In this document: piece after piece, positions 28,666 through 38,055 of the stretch
How positions within the stretch are numbered: position 1 is the first letter of the stretch
How the letters are laid out: every line of letters begins with the position of its first letter
Translations under genes and position numbers: made by a program
DNA from: a bacterium CG_4_9_14_3_um_filter_65_15
GTDB taxonomy: Bacteria > Krumholzibacteriota > Krumholzibacteriia > LZORAL124-64-63
NCBI GenBank assembly: GCA_002790835.1
Contig: PFVX01000079.1
Location: 3,130-67,129 of the forward strand
Reading direction: 5' to 3'
Length of the DNA: 64,000 nt
Notes under the pieces: model-generated
What the model saw: only the letters and a program-made list of their open reading frames with translations
Databases searched by the model: none
What the model was told of the DNA's origin: nothing

Positions 28666-30429
28666 ATGCCTGCTTCCGACCTGCCTCTCCATCCCTGGCC
28701 GTTGTCCCGCCTCCTGGAACGCATCGAGCGGGAATGGGGCCTGCGGCGACAGATTTTCGGGCTCACGGCCCGGCGGTTTTTCCCCGTTCCCGGGGACGTG
28801 GACCTGATCTGGACGGGTGACGGATTGACGGCGGCCACTCCCGTGGGACCGGCGGCCGGCCCGCACACCCAGCTGGCGCAGAACATCGCGCTGGGCTGGT
28901 TGGTCGGCGGGCGCAGCTTCGAGCTGAAGACCGTCCAGGTGCTGGACGAGCTCGAAATTCCGCGGCCCTGTATCGACATGGAAGCGGTGGGCTACAACGT
29001 GGAGTGGAGCCAGGAACTTCCCTTGCCCCTCTCGTTGCGGGAGTACGTGAAGGCCTGGGTCCTGCTGGCGGTGCTGCGGCGGTGGGAACCCGTGCGCGAG
29101 GTGCTGGGCAACCCCGGCGAACATCTCTTCGAACTGTCGGTGGGGTACGACCTGCCCGGAATCCAGACCCCGGTCATGGACGCCTTCATCCACGGTCTGA
29201 CCCACGCCGAGGGGATGATCGATGAGCTGCGCGGGGAGATCGGCGGCGCTTTCGGCGGGCTGCGCGATATTCCGATTCCCGGCCGCATCGTGCAAACGGC
29301 CACCCTGAGCACCTTCCACGGTTGTCCGAGCGATCAGATCGAAGGCATCGTGCGTCACCTGATGAGCGCCCACGACCTCGACGTCACCGTCAAGCTGAAT
29401 CCCACCTTGCTGGGCCGCGAGACCGTGGCCGGGATCCTTCATGATCACCTCGGCTTCAGGGATGTCGACCCGGCGCCGGAGGCTTTCGCCGCCGATCTCC
29501 AGTTTGCGCAGGCCGTGGCGATGATCGAACGGCTGCGTGGCTTTGCCGCGGATTGCGGCCGCCGGTTCGGGATCAAACTGACCAACACCCTGGTGGTGAA
29601 GAACGCGCGCGGTGTCATGCCCGGAGAGACGATGTACCTCAGCGGGCGGCCGCTGCACATGCTGGCGATCACCCTTCTGGACCAGTTGCACCGGGCGTTG
29701 CCGGGGGTGCTGCGCGTGGGGCCGCAGGACGATGCGCCCGTGTCGGTGGCATTCAGCGCCGGAGTGGACAAGGACAACCTGATCGAAACGGTGGGCCTGG
29801 GGTTGCGCCCGGTGACCATCTGCAGCGACCTGTTGCGGCCCGGAGGTTACGGACGCATGGCCCAGGGGCTGCGCAAGCTGGCGCGGCACATGGCCGCCGA
29901 GGGTCATGCCGATCTTTCGGCCCTGCAGGGTGGTGCTCATGAACGGGCGCTGGCGGCGGGGCATCCCGACGCCGTGGCCGCCTACGCCGCGGCCCTGGCT
30001 GACCCGGCCACGGCGGCGCGTTACGGCGCGGAGGGCGATCTGCGGCCACCGCGCCAGGTCGATCACGTGCTGGAGATGTTCGATTGTGTGGCATGCACGA
30101 ACTGCGTGACCGTCTGCCCCAACGACGCCTTCCTGACCGTGCCCACGCCCGCCGGCGGCGATCTTTCCGCCCGGGAGCAGTACCTGGTGCTGGCGGAACT
30201 GTGCAACGACTGCGGGAACTGCACGACCTTCTGCCCGGAAATCGGGTCGCCGCAAGTGATCAAGCCGCGGCTCTACACCCAGCCGCAGGTGTGGCAGGCG
30301 CGGGGCCGCGATGGTTTCCTGTTGGAACCGGGCGCAAACGGGCCGACGGTGCGAGGAGAAGGCGAGGCCGCGGCCCGGCTGCAAAAGATGCTGGCCGGCG
30401 ATGCCCTGCCGCTGTCCCTGGACGAATAA
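28666..30429 (+). CDS. YgfK N-terminal-like flavoprotein fused to a 4Fe-4S dicluster domain
   Basis: TPVGPAAGPHTQLAQNI, ELKTVQ, YNVEWSQE, TLSTFHGCP, KLNPTLLG, KLTNT, MYLSG; two C-terminal CxxCxxCxxxCP motifs. Confidence 0.8.
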   Translation: MPASDLPLHPWPLSRLLERIEREWGLRRQIFGLTARRFFPVPGDVDLIWTGDGLTAATPVGPAAGPHTQLAQNIALGWLVGGRSFELKTVQVLDELEIPRPCIDMEAVGYNVEWSQELPLPLSLREYVKAWVLLAVLRRWEPVREVLGNPGEHLFELSVGYDLPGIQTPVMDAFIHGLTHAEGMIDELRGEIGGAFGGLRDIPIPGRIVQTATLSTFHGCPSDQIEGIVRHLMSAHDLDVTVKLNPTLLGRETVAGILHDHLGFRDVDPAPEAFAADLQFAQAVAMIERLRGFAADCGRRFGIKLTNTLVVKNARGVMPGETMYLSGRPLHMLAITLLDQLHRALPGVLRVGPQDDAPVSVAFSAGVDKDNLIETVGLGLRPVTICSDLLRPGGYGRMAQGLRKLARHMAAEGHADLSALQGGAHERALAAGHPDAVAAYAAALADPATAARYGAEGDLRPPRQVDHVLEMFDCVACTNCVTVCPNDAFLTVPTPAGGDLSAREQYLVLAELCNDCGNCTTFCPEIGSPQVIKPRLYTQPQVWQARGRDGFLLEPGANGPTVRGEGEAAARLQKMLAGDALPLSLDE

Positions 30430-30459
30430 TCGATCCAGCGCTTGGGGCCGTTTCCGGCT

Positions 30460-30945
30460 TCAGGCGTCATCCGGCAGTGAACGCAAACAGCTCGCCAGGG
30501 CCTGGTGCACCGAGGCGATGGTGTAGGGGTCGTCGGGGTCGTCCGGACGGCCCGGTCGGTCGAAATGGGGTTTTTCGTCATAGTCACGGCCCCAGCGCGC
30601 ATCCACCACGCGGACCAGTTCGGCCAGGGATTCTTCCTGCGCCAGGATGGGTTCCAGGAACGCCCGCAACAGGGCCGATGGTGCGCCGAAATGGCGGGCC
30701 ACCAGGGGCTGGTGCGAATCCAGCCGGGACAGGATCGTCCGCTGCAGGCTACCTTCGGGGTCGCGCAGGCACGTGTCCAGGAGCTCACGGACGGCGAAGA
30801 TGGTCTGGTCGTGGGCCGCGACGGGCGAGGCGCCCTTGAGGACGTCCCCGGCGGCGCGCAACAGGGCTTCGTCGGGGCTTGCCTCGCGTCCGCGCAGGAT
30901 TTCCCGGTCGTCCGGAAGCTTTGGTGTGTCCTTGTCCTTTTGCAT
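30460..30945 (-). CDS. Hypothetical protein
   Basis: Fills the gap between neighbouring genes with coding-like composition; no motif recognised. Confidence 0.6.
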   Translation of the reverse strand: MQKDKDTPKLPDDREILRGREASPDEALLRAAGDVLKGASPVAAHDQTIFAVRELLDTCLRDPEGSLQRTILSRLDSHQPLVARHFGAPSALLRAFLEPILAQEESLAELVRVVDARWGRDYDEKPHFDRPGRPDDPDDPYTIASVHQALASCLRSLPDDA

Positions 30946-30964
30946 GGTGTTAGCATACCAGAAT

Positions 30965-30986
30965 CATCCCGGGAATTCCCGGGATG
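30965..30986. repeat. Perfect 22-bp palindrome in a divergent intergenic region
   Basis: CATCCCGGGAATTCCCGGGATG is its own reverse complement. Confidence 0.85.
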
Positions 30987-31010
30987 TCTGCTGGAACACG
31001 CGGAGAATCG

Positions 31011-31757
31011 ATGAACCAAGCGAATGCCGAACCCCTCGCCAACCTGGCCGCAGGAAAGCCGGCCGACAGCGGCCAGTTCCTTCTGGGGCGCCGCCTCCGC
31101 CTGGTCGAGCCCCTGCTGGGCGAAGCCAGGGAGCACCTGGTGGATTTCGGCTGCGGCAACGGCGCCCAGACCCGGTTGTTCGCCCCTCTTTTTGCACGCA
31201 CCACGGGGGTGGACGTGGATCCGGTGTTTCTGGCGGAATTTCAGGCCCAGATTGTTGCCGACGGCGTGCAGGATCGCACCCGGGCCTGTGAACTCGTCGA
31301 CGGGCGCATTCCCCTGGATGACGCCTGCGCCGACGTGGTGACTTCGTTCACCGTGCTCGAGCACGTTCCCGACGAAGCGGCCGCCCTGGCGGAGATGCGG
31401 CGGGTGCTGCGCCCGGGAGGCCGGATGATCATCAGTGTTCCGAATCGCTGGTGGCTGTTCGAAACCCACGGCGCCGATCTTCCCCTGTTGCCCTGGAACC
31501 GGGTGCCCCTGGTCAGCTGGTGGCCCAAGCGTCTGCATGATCGCTGGGCTCGGGCGCGGATCTACCGACGGCGGGAAATCGTTGCGATGGTGTCCGCGGC
31601 GGGATTCACCCTCACCGGATCATGGCGTGCGACCGCACCCATGGACATGATCAAGTGGGCACCCTTGCGCCGGGTGGTGCGCGGAGTGTTCTTCGGACGC
31701 GACCGTGCCGTCCTTCCTGTTCTGGCCACCGAGGTCCTGGTCTGTGCTGAAAGGTAA
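31011..31757 (+). CDS. Class I SAM-dependent methyltransferase
   Basis: VDFGCGNG, GVDVD, VLEHVPD, RVLRPGG. Confidence 0.88.
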   Translation: MNQANAEPLANLAAGKPADSGQFLLGRRLRLVEPLLGEAREHLVDFGCGNGAQTRLFAPLFARTTGVDVDPVFLAEFQAQIVADGVQDRTRACELVDGRIPLDDACADVVTSFTVLEHVPDEAAALAEMRRVLRPGGRMIISVPNRWWLFETHGADLPLLPWNRVPLVSWWPKRLHDRWARARIYRRREIVAMVSAAGFTLTGSWRATAPMDMIKWAPLRRVVRGVFFGRDRAVLPVLATEVLVCAER

Positions 31758-31761
31758 ACCG

Positions 31762-33876
31762 ATGTCCAAACTCGTTAAGATGATGGGGGCGCTGGGTCTG
31801 ACGCTGGGAATCCTGGCGGGATGTTCCGGAGGGCCCAAGCCCCCCAAGGCGGCGATCAAGCCCCACGAATTGACCGCACACGGTGATGTCCGCATCGACA
31901 ATTACTACTGGCTCAATCAGCGGGACGATCCCGAGGTGCTGGACTACCTGCAGGCGGAAAACGTGTACCTCGCTGCAGTGATGGACCACACCAGTGGCCT
32001 GCAGGACAAACTGGTGGAGGAGATGAAGGGCCGCATCAAGCAGGACGACTCCTCGGCGCCGTATTTCGAGAAGGGCTTCTGGTACTACACGCGCTACGTT
32101 CCGGGCGGGGAATATCCCCTGCATTGTCGGCGCCGGGGTTCCCTGCATGCGCCCGAAGAGGTCATGCTCGACGGCAATGCCATGGGCAAGGATCTGGGGT
32201 ATTTCTCCCTGCGCGGGGCCCGGATCAGCCCCGACACCAGGCTCGTTGTCTATGGTGTGGACACGGTCGGCCGGCGTTTCTACGACCTGCATGTGAGGGA
32301 TCTTGCCTCGGGCGCCGACCTTCCCGATGTGATCGGGCAGGTCACCGGCAACGTGGTCTGGGCCCTGGACAACCGCACCCTCTTCTACACCCGCCAGGAT
32401 CCGGAAACCCTGCGCTCCTTCCAGGTCCTGCGCCATGAGCTGGGCACCGATGCGGCGGGGGATGTGCTGGTCTTCCAGGAGGACGACGACACTTTCGAAT
32501 GCAGCGTGGGCCGCACCAAGAGCGATCGCTACCTGCTGATCGAGAGCAACCAGACCCTCAGCAGCGAAACCCGCATCCTCGAGGCGGACGACCCACGGGG
32601 TGCGTTCCGCGTCTTTCAGCCGCGGCGGCGCAACCTGGAGTACCATGTCGACCACCAGGGAGACCGCTTCCTCATCCGCACCAACCTCGACGCGGCCAAC
32701 TTTCGTCTGATGGAATGTCCCCTGGACCGGACGGATTTCGTGGCCTGGCACGAGGTGGTCCCTCACCGCCAGGACGTGTTGCTGGAGGATCTGGCCGTCT
32801 TCGCGGATTGGATCGCACTCGAAGAGCGCACCGGCGGGTTGACGCAGATCCGAGTCATGGCGGGCGATGGTTCCTTCGACGAGCACATCGCCTTCGATGA
32901 TTCCACCTGGGCGACCTGGATCGACGTCAACCCGGAGATGGGATCCCGCGTCCTGCGTTACGGCTACACGTCCCTGACCACTCCGCGCACCACCTACGAT
33001 TGGAATCTCGATACCGGCGAGCGCACTCTGGTCAAGCAGGACGAAATTCCGGGTGGCTTCGACCCGGCCGACTATCGCTCGGAGTACCTGATGGTCACGG
33101 CGCGGGACGGCGTGGAAGTTCCGGTGTCGTTGGTGTATCGCCGGGGCTTTTCGCCCGACGGCACGCACCCCTTGCTGCTTTACGGTTACGGCTCCTACGG
33201 CATCAGCATGAACGCGCATTTCAATTCGTCGGTGCTCAGCCTGCTGGACCGCGGGTTCGTCTACGCCATCGCCCATGTCCGCGGTGGGCAGGAGATGGGG
33301 CGCAACTGGTACGAGGACGGTAAGTTGTTGCACAAGATGAACACCTTCACCGATTTCATCGATTGTGGCCGGGGCCTCGTCGACCGCAAATACGCGGCCC
33401 CGGACAAGCTGTTCGCCATGGGCGGTTCGGCGGGCGGTCTGCTCATGGGAGCGGTGGTGAATATGGCACCCGAACTGTGGCGGGGGGTGGTCGCCCACGT
33501 GCCTTTCGTCGACGTGGTCACGACCATGTTGGACGAGTCCATTCCCTTGACCACCGGCGAGTACGACGAGTGGGGCAACCCGCACCAGAAGGACTCCTAC
33601 GATTACATGCTGAGCTACTCGCCGTACGACCAGGTGATCCCGCAGGATTACCCGGCGCTGCTGGTCACCACCGGCCTGCATGATAGTCAGGTGCAGTACT
33701 TCGAACCGGCCAAGTGGGTGGCGAAGCTGCGGGCGGTCAAGACCGACCGGAACCCCCTTCTGATGAAGACCAACATGGAGGCGGGGCACGGCGGCGCATC
33801 GGGCCGTTTCCGGCGCCTGAACGAGACGGCCCTGAGCTACTCATTCATGCTGGACCAATTGGATTGGAAGGAATAA
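31762..33876 (+). CDS. ptrB: Oligopeptidase B (S9A), predicted lipoprotein
   Basis: HGDVRIDNYYWL, GGSAGG, DSQVQYFEPAKW and AGHGG triad motifs; LAGC lipobox. Confidence 0.92.
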   Translation: MSKLVKMMGALGLTLGILAGCSGGPKPPKAAIKPHELTAHGDVRIDNYYWLNQRDDPEVLDYLQAENVYLAAVMDHTSGLQDKLVEEMKGRIKQDDSSAPYFEKGFWYYTRYVPGGEYPLHCRRRGSLHAPEEVMLDGNAMGKDLGYFSLRGARISPDTRLVVYGVDTVGRRFYDLHVRDLASGADLPDVIGQVTGNVVWALDNRTLFYTRQDPETLRSFQVLRHELGTDAAGDVLVFQEDDDTFECSVGRTKSDRYLLIESNQTLSSETRILEADDPRGAFRVFQPRRRNLEYHVDHQGDRFLIRTNLDAANFRLMECPLDRTDFVAWHEVVPHRQDVLLEDLAVFADWIALEERTGGLTQIRVMAGDGSFDEHIAFDDSTWATWIDVNPEMGSRVLRYGYTSLTTPRTTYDWNLDTGERTLVKQDEIPGGFDPADYRSEYLMVTARDGVEVPVSLVYRRGFSPDGTHPLLLYGYGSYGISMNAHFNSSVLSLLDRGFVYAIAHVRGGQEMGRNWYEDGKLLHKMNTFTDFIDCGRGLVDRKYAAPDKLFAMGGSAGGLLMGAVVNMAPELWRGVVAHVPFVDVVTTMLDESIPLTTGEYDEWGNPHQKDSYDYMLSYSPYDQVIPQDYPALLVTTGLHDSQVQYFEPAKWVAKLRAVKTDRNPLLMKTNMEAGHGGASGRFRRLNETALSYSFMLDQLDWKE

Positions 33877-33879
33877 ACG

Positions 33880-34571
33880 ATGGCTCAAGACTTGAACGCG
33901 GTGGTCACGCACCGAATCGAGATCGCATCAGGCCTCATCATCCTGCGGACAAGCTGATCCGACGCGCCTACAGCATCGCTTCGTCCCCTGCGGAAGCAGG
34001 CCATCTCGAATTCTATATCACACTGGTGCCGTCCGGGGCCCCGACTCCGCGGCTGTTCGCCCTGCAACCGGGCGACCGGGTTTGGTTGGGCAAGAAGATC
34101 AGCGGGATCTTCACCCTGGAGAAGGTCCAGGAGGGTCATCACCTGGTTCTGGTGGGCACGGGCACGGGGCTGGCGCCCTACATGAGCGTGCTGCGCAGCG
34201 AACTGGAGTGCCGGCTGGACCATCACACGGTGGTGTTGCTGGGGGCGAGGCATTCGTGGGATCTGGGCTACCGCGGCGAACTCATCGCCATGCAACGATT
34301 CTGCCGGACCTTCCACTACGCTCCCATCATCAGTCGGCCCGACGAGGAGCACGTGCCCTGGGCGGGGCAGACGGGCTACGTCCAGGACCTATGGGACCGG
34401 GGGCTGGTCGCCGAGGCCATCGGGTATGACCCCACAACCGACAACACCCAGATCCTGTTGTGCGGCAATCCCGGCATGATCGAGGGCATGATCACGCGGC
34501 TCGAGAAAGACGGGTTCGGCGAAGGGGACGCCGGGAGCCCGGGGCAGATCCACGCGGAGAAGTTCTGGTAA
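33880..34571 (+). pseudogene. Ferredoxin-NADP+ reductase family pseudogene (internal deletion plus frameshift)
   Basis: MAQDLNAVVTHRIEIASGLIILR joins out of frame to DKLIRRAYSIAS; GTGTGLAP, CGNPGMI and EKFW retained; length of 692 nt is not a multiple of 3. Confidence 0.8.
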
Positions 34572-34602
34572 CTCCGCGGTTGCTGTTCTCGGGGCCGACG
34601 GG

Positions 34603-37600
34603 TTACGGATTCAGGAGCCGCAACAGCTCCCGCACCTCGTAGCCGGCCGCTTTGGCCTTTTGCAACAGCACCGAGCGGGCGTCAAGCAGGGCCACGAAAT
34701 CGACATCCGATTCGTGGGCCAGAGCTGCGGACGTCACCACCTGCAACCAATCATCGAGCCGCTCGGCGGAGAGATAGACTGTTTGCTCGTGCGTGTTGAT
34801 TCCCAGCAATTCCGCCGCCGCCGGGTCGGTCAGGATGTCCGCCAACCAGGAAATTTTTCCCTCAGCCAGGAAACGATAACTGTCTGCATGAGCGGCCAGC
34901 AGGCGAGCAGAAGCCGTGGCCATGGCCGCGGCGTGATCGTGCCCCAGCCAATCCTTCAGGATCGCTCCCATGTCCTCGGTGACCAGGTCCCGGCCCGGTC
35001 CATCCAGGCCGATCTTTTCTGAGCCGGTTGTGCCCAACAGTTCGGCCAGGTAGATGACCTGCAGGCAACGGCTGTGGGGGAGGTTCTCCAGCAGCGCTAT
35101 CAGCTCGGTTCTGGAGCCGCGCCCCAGGCCGACGGGGATCTTCATTCGGGGCAAGGCGCGCAGGTGGGTGGCCAGGGTTACCAGGTTTTCCGGCAGATCG
35201 CGGGGAACCTTGGCGGGCTCCGGTTTCTGGTCGGTGGCTCCGGCGTATTCCAGCCACGCCAGGATCTCCGGCGTCATCCACGTGCGCACCCGGGACAGGA
35301 CCGGATCCAGCTCGCGCCGCAACAATTCCCGTCGCAGGTCCGGTGCACCGCGGCCCTGCAGGGAGTCTGCCAGGTCCGCCCAGCGGCCGGGGTCGCCGTC
35401 CAGGAGGGTCATCTGGATGAAGGCCCGGTACTGGTAACCGTGCAGGTCGGTGTGCAGGCCCTGTTCGCACAGTTCGCGTCCGCCTCGCAGGTATTGCAGG
35501 CCGTCGGCGTGGTCGGTCAGGGCGTACCAGGAAGTGCCGGAGCAATCCAGGCCGAGGGCGCCGGCCAGGGTGACGCTTTGCAGGTCGGGATGGTCGGCGC
35601 TGCCGCGGTTGATGGCGGTGGAGGTGCGGATGCGCCCTGCGGTCCCGTCGTAGGCGTTGTTGTAGATGACCAGGACCCGCTCGGTTCCCGATCCGTTGAC
35701 GAAGGCGAAGACGTTCTCGTCCACCCAGCCGCCTTCGCTTTCGAAATCGAAGAGCGCGAAGTTCTCGGACCCGCTGAACAGGTGGCGCCGGCGCAGCAGC
35801 GGAAAGATCGCGCGCTCGTGCCGGTCGACCATCTCCCGGTCGATCTTTTCGTCCCAGTAGGCCCGGCGGTATTCCATGCCGTATTTCTCGGTGAAGCCCT
35901 CGATCTGGCCGTGCCCGATCATGGGCAGACCGGGCAGGGTGGCCAGCAACACCATGCACCCGAAGTACTTGTCGCCGCGACCGAACTGCTCGACGGCCGT
36001 GCGCTCGTCGGGATTGTTCATGAAGTTGACGAAGCGCTGCAGGATGCCGGGACTGAATTCCAGCACGTTCTTGAGGGTCTGCCTGTACTTCTGGTTGTCC
36101 TCCATCTTGAGCATGTTCATGAAGGCCGAGTTGTAGACGCGGTGCATGCCGAGGGTGCGGACGAAGTAACCCTCCATGAGCCAGAACGCCTCGGCCAGCA
36201 GCAGGGTGTCGGGCGCCTCGGCGGCCACGCGGTCGACGACCTCCCGCCAGAACTCCGCCGGGAAGACCCGGTCGAACTCCTCGCGTGACATGCCGTGTTC
36301 GGCGCGAGAAGGGATGGCGCCGGCGTCGCCGGGCGCAGGGAACCACAGCCGCTGGAAGTGCTTCTTGGCCAAGGTCATGGCCGCGTCGAAACGGATGATG
36401 GGGAAGCGGCGGGCCACGTCCAGAATCACCCGGATGACCGCCTCGCGCACTTGGGGCAACAGGAAGTTGAGCTGGGCGGTGTCGTTCCAGGGCATGCTGG
36501 TTCCGTCGTTGCCGTGGTAGATGTATCGGACCCGACCGGTGTTGTCGTCGCGTCGCTCGAAGACCACCGCGGCGTCGCGCTTGTCCCAGTAGCCGTCCTC
36601 CAGTCGCACCGACACGCCGGGCGATCCGCACAGATCCTCGCAGCCGAAGCGGTAGGCGGGATAGGGCGGATGATCCAGTTGCAGGAAATACTCCGGATGT
36701 TCCACCACCCAGCGGCTGTCGATCCCCATGTGGTTGGGCACCATGTCGCTGGCCAGGCGGATGCCGCGGCGGCCGGCGCGTTCGCTCAGGTTCCGCCAGG
36801 CCTCCTCGCCGCCCAGATCGGAGGCGATGGCGTAGTCGGCCAGGGAGTAGGCGCTGGCGGCCGCGTCGGGATTGCCCAGCCATTGCTTGATGGTACGCGA
36901 GGCGGCCGAGCGTTCCCATAACCCGATGAGCCACAATCCGTTGATCCCCCAGTGGGCCAGGCGGTCCAGCTCCTCGTCCGGGATGTCGGCGAGGGTTCGC
37001 AGCGGTCGTCCGTACCACTTGGAGAGCTGATCCAACCAGACGGAGACGCTCTTGGCCATGAGCACGACATTGGCCATCCAGTCGGCGTCGCGGCTGAAGG
37101 CCTCGGGTTCGTCACGCGCCGGCCCCGGGCCGAACTCCAGCACGGGCGCGGGCCCCGGCTCGCCCCCGCGGGCGACATCGACTTCCTGCAACACGTCCAG
37201 GGCGAACTGCAGCCTCTCGCGCAACTCGTCCGGCAGCAGGTGGGCCCAGTGATCCCGGATCCAGGCGAGCTGGCCGGCCAGGGAGTCGGGGCTCGCCAGC
37301 AGCGGAGCACGCAGCAGGTGCGGCAGCGAAACGCCCTCGGTGCCGACGACCTCGAACTCGGTCAGGTACTTTTCCAGCCCGGTCACGAAGGGCAGGTACG
37401 AGACCCGGCGGCGCAGCTCCCCGTCGTGGAACAGGTGCTCGGCCTCCGCCGCGGCGGGGTTGTTGACGTTCAGGAACAACAGGAACATTTCCAGCGCGGC
37501 GAGGTCCCGCCCGTTGAGGTCGTCCAGGGCGCCGGCAAGGAACTGTTCGCCGGTCAGGTCCGCGCGCTTGACCTCCAGGGGCGGGAACAGGTCGACGAAG

Positions 37601-37956
37601 GTCGTCATGACGGCGTCGACCGCGTCGGGTCCCAGCCGCTGGGTGGCCCACTGGCGACAGCGGCTCAGGCCGCCGGGGTTCTCGATGCGGAAATAGCGCA
37701 GGGCGACCCACTTCAGCACCTGATTCAGGGTGCGCAGGGCGAGAAGCGTTTCGGCGTGGGTGGGCGGCCGGCCGGCCGTCTTGCGGCCGGCATCGTCGTT
37801 GACCGCCGCGGCCAGTTTGCGGATGGCGTACGCCGCCGCTCCGTCCTGCTCCTTTCCCGGAACCAGGGAGGCGATGCCGTACCGCAGCCAGGCCTGATCC
37901 GCCAGGGGAAAGTCGAACACGAAATACTTTGGCGCAGAACGAGTTGGGTCCGCCAT
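34603..37956 (-). CDS. Large alpha-amylase family (GH13) protein
   Basis: DMVPNH, RFDAAM, LAEAFW and NNPDE catalytic regions; WNDTAQL; start taken at MADPTRS. Confidence 0.85.
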   Translation of the reverse strand: MADPTRSAPKYFVFDFPLADQAWLRYGIASLVPGKEQDGAAAYAIRKLAAAVNDDAGRKTAGRPPTHAETLLALRTLNQVLKWVALRYFRIENPGGLSRCRQWATQRLGPDAVDAVMTTFVDLFPPLEVKRADLTGEQFLAGALDDLNGRDLAALEMFLLFLNVNNPAAAEAEHLFHDGELRRRVSYLPFVTGLEKYLTEFEVVGTEGVSLPHLLRAPLLASPDSLAGQLAWIRDHWAHLLPDELRERLQFALDVLQEVDVARGGEPGPAPVLEFGPGPARDEPEAFSRDADWMANVVLMAKSVSVWLDQLSKWYGRPLRTLADIPDEELDRLAHWGINGLWLIGLWERSAASRTIKQWLGNPDAAASAYSLADYAIASDLGGEEAWRNLSERAGRRGIRLASDMVPNHMGIDSRWVVEHPEYFLQLDHPPYPAYRFGCEDLCGSPGVSVRLEDGYWDKRDAAVVFERRDDNTGRVRYIYHGNDGTSMPWNDTAQLNFLLPQVREAVIRVILDVARRFPIIRFDAAMTLAKKHFQRLWFPAPGDAGAIPSRAEHGMSREEFDRVFPAEFWREVVDRVAAEAPDTLLLAEAFWLMEGYFVRTLGMHRVYNSAFMNMLKMEDNQKYRQTLKNVLEFSPGILQRFVNFMNNPDERTAVEQFGRGDKYFGCMVLLATLPGLPMIGHGQIEGFTEKYGMEYRRAYWDEKIDREMVDRHERAIFPLLRRRHLFSGSENFALFDFESEGGWVDENVFAFVNGSGTERVLVIYNNAYDGTAGRIRTSTAINRGSADHPDLQSVTLAGALGLDCSGTSWYALTDHADGLQYLRGGRELCEQGLHTDLHGYQYRAFIQMTLLDGDPGRWADLADSLQGRGAPDLRRELLRRELDPVLSRVRTWMTPEILAWLEYAGATDQKPEPAKVPRDLPENLVTLATHLRALPRMKIPVGLGRGSRTELIALLENLPHSRCLQVIYLAELLGTTGSEKIGLDGPGRDLVTEDMGAILKDWLGHDHAAAMATASARLLAAHADSYRFLAEGKISWLADILTDPAAAELLGINTHEQTVYLSAERLDDWLQVVTSAALAHESDVDFVALLDARSVLLQKAKAAGYEVRELLRLLNP

Positions 37957-38055
37957 GGAACAAAGATCCCTTCGGTCGTGCTTCCCTCGAGAGGTCGCAT
38001 CCATTATCGTTGGGTTTTCGCAGATGGCAAGATCACACTGGGCAAGGAGCGCGTC

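Noticed and set aside
33945..33960. In-frame TGA in the FNR N-terminus as possible selenocysteine recoding
   Set aside because: The downstream homology is in a different frame, so a deletion plus frameshift explains it
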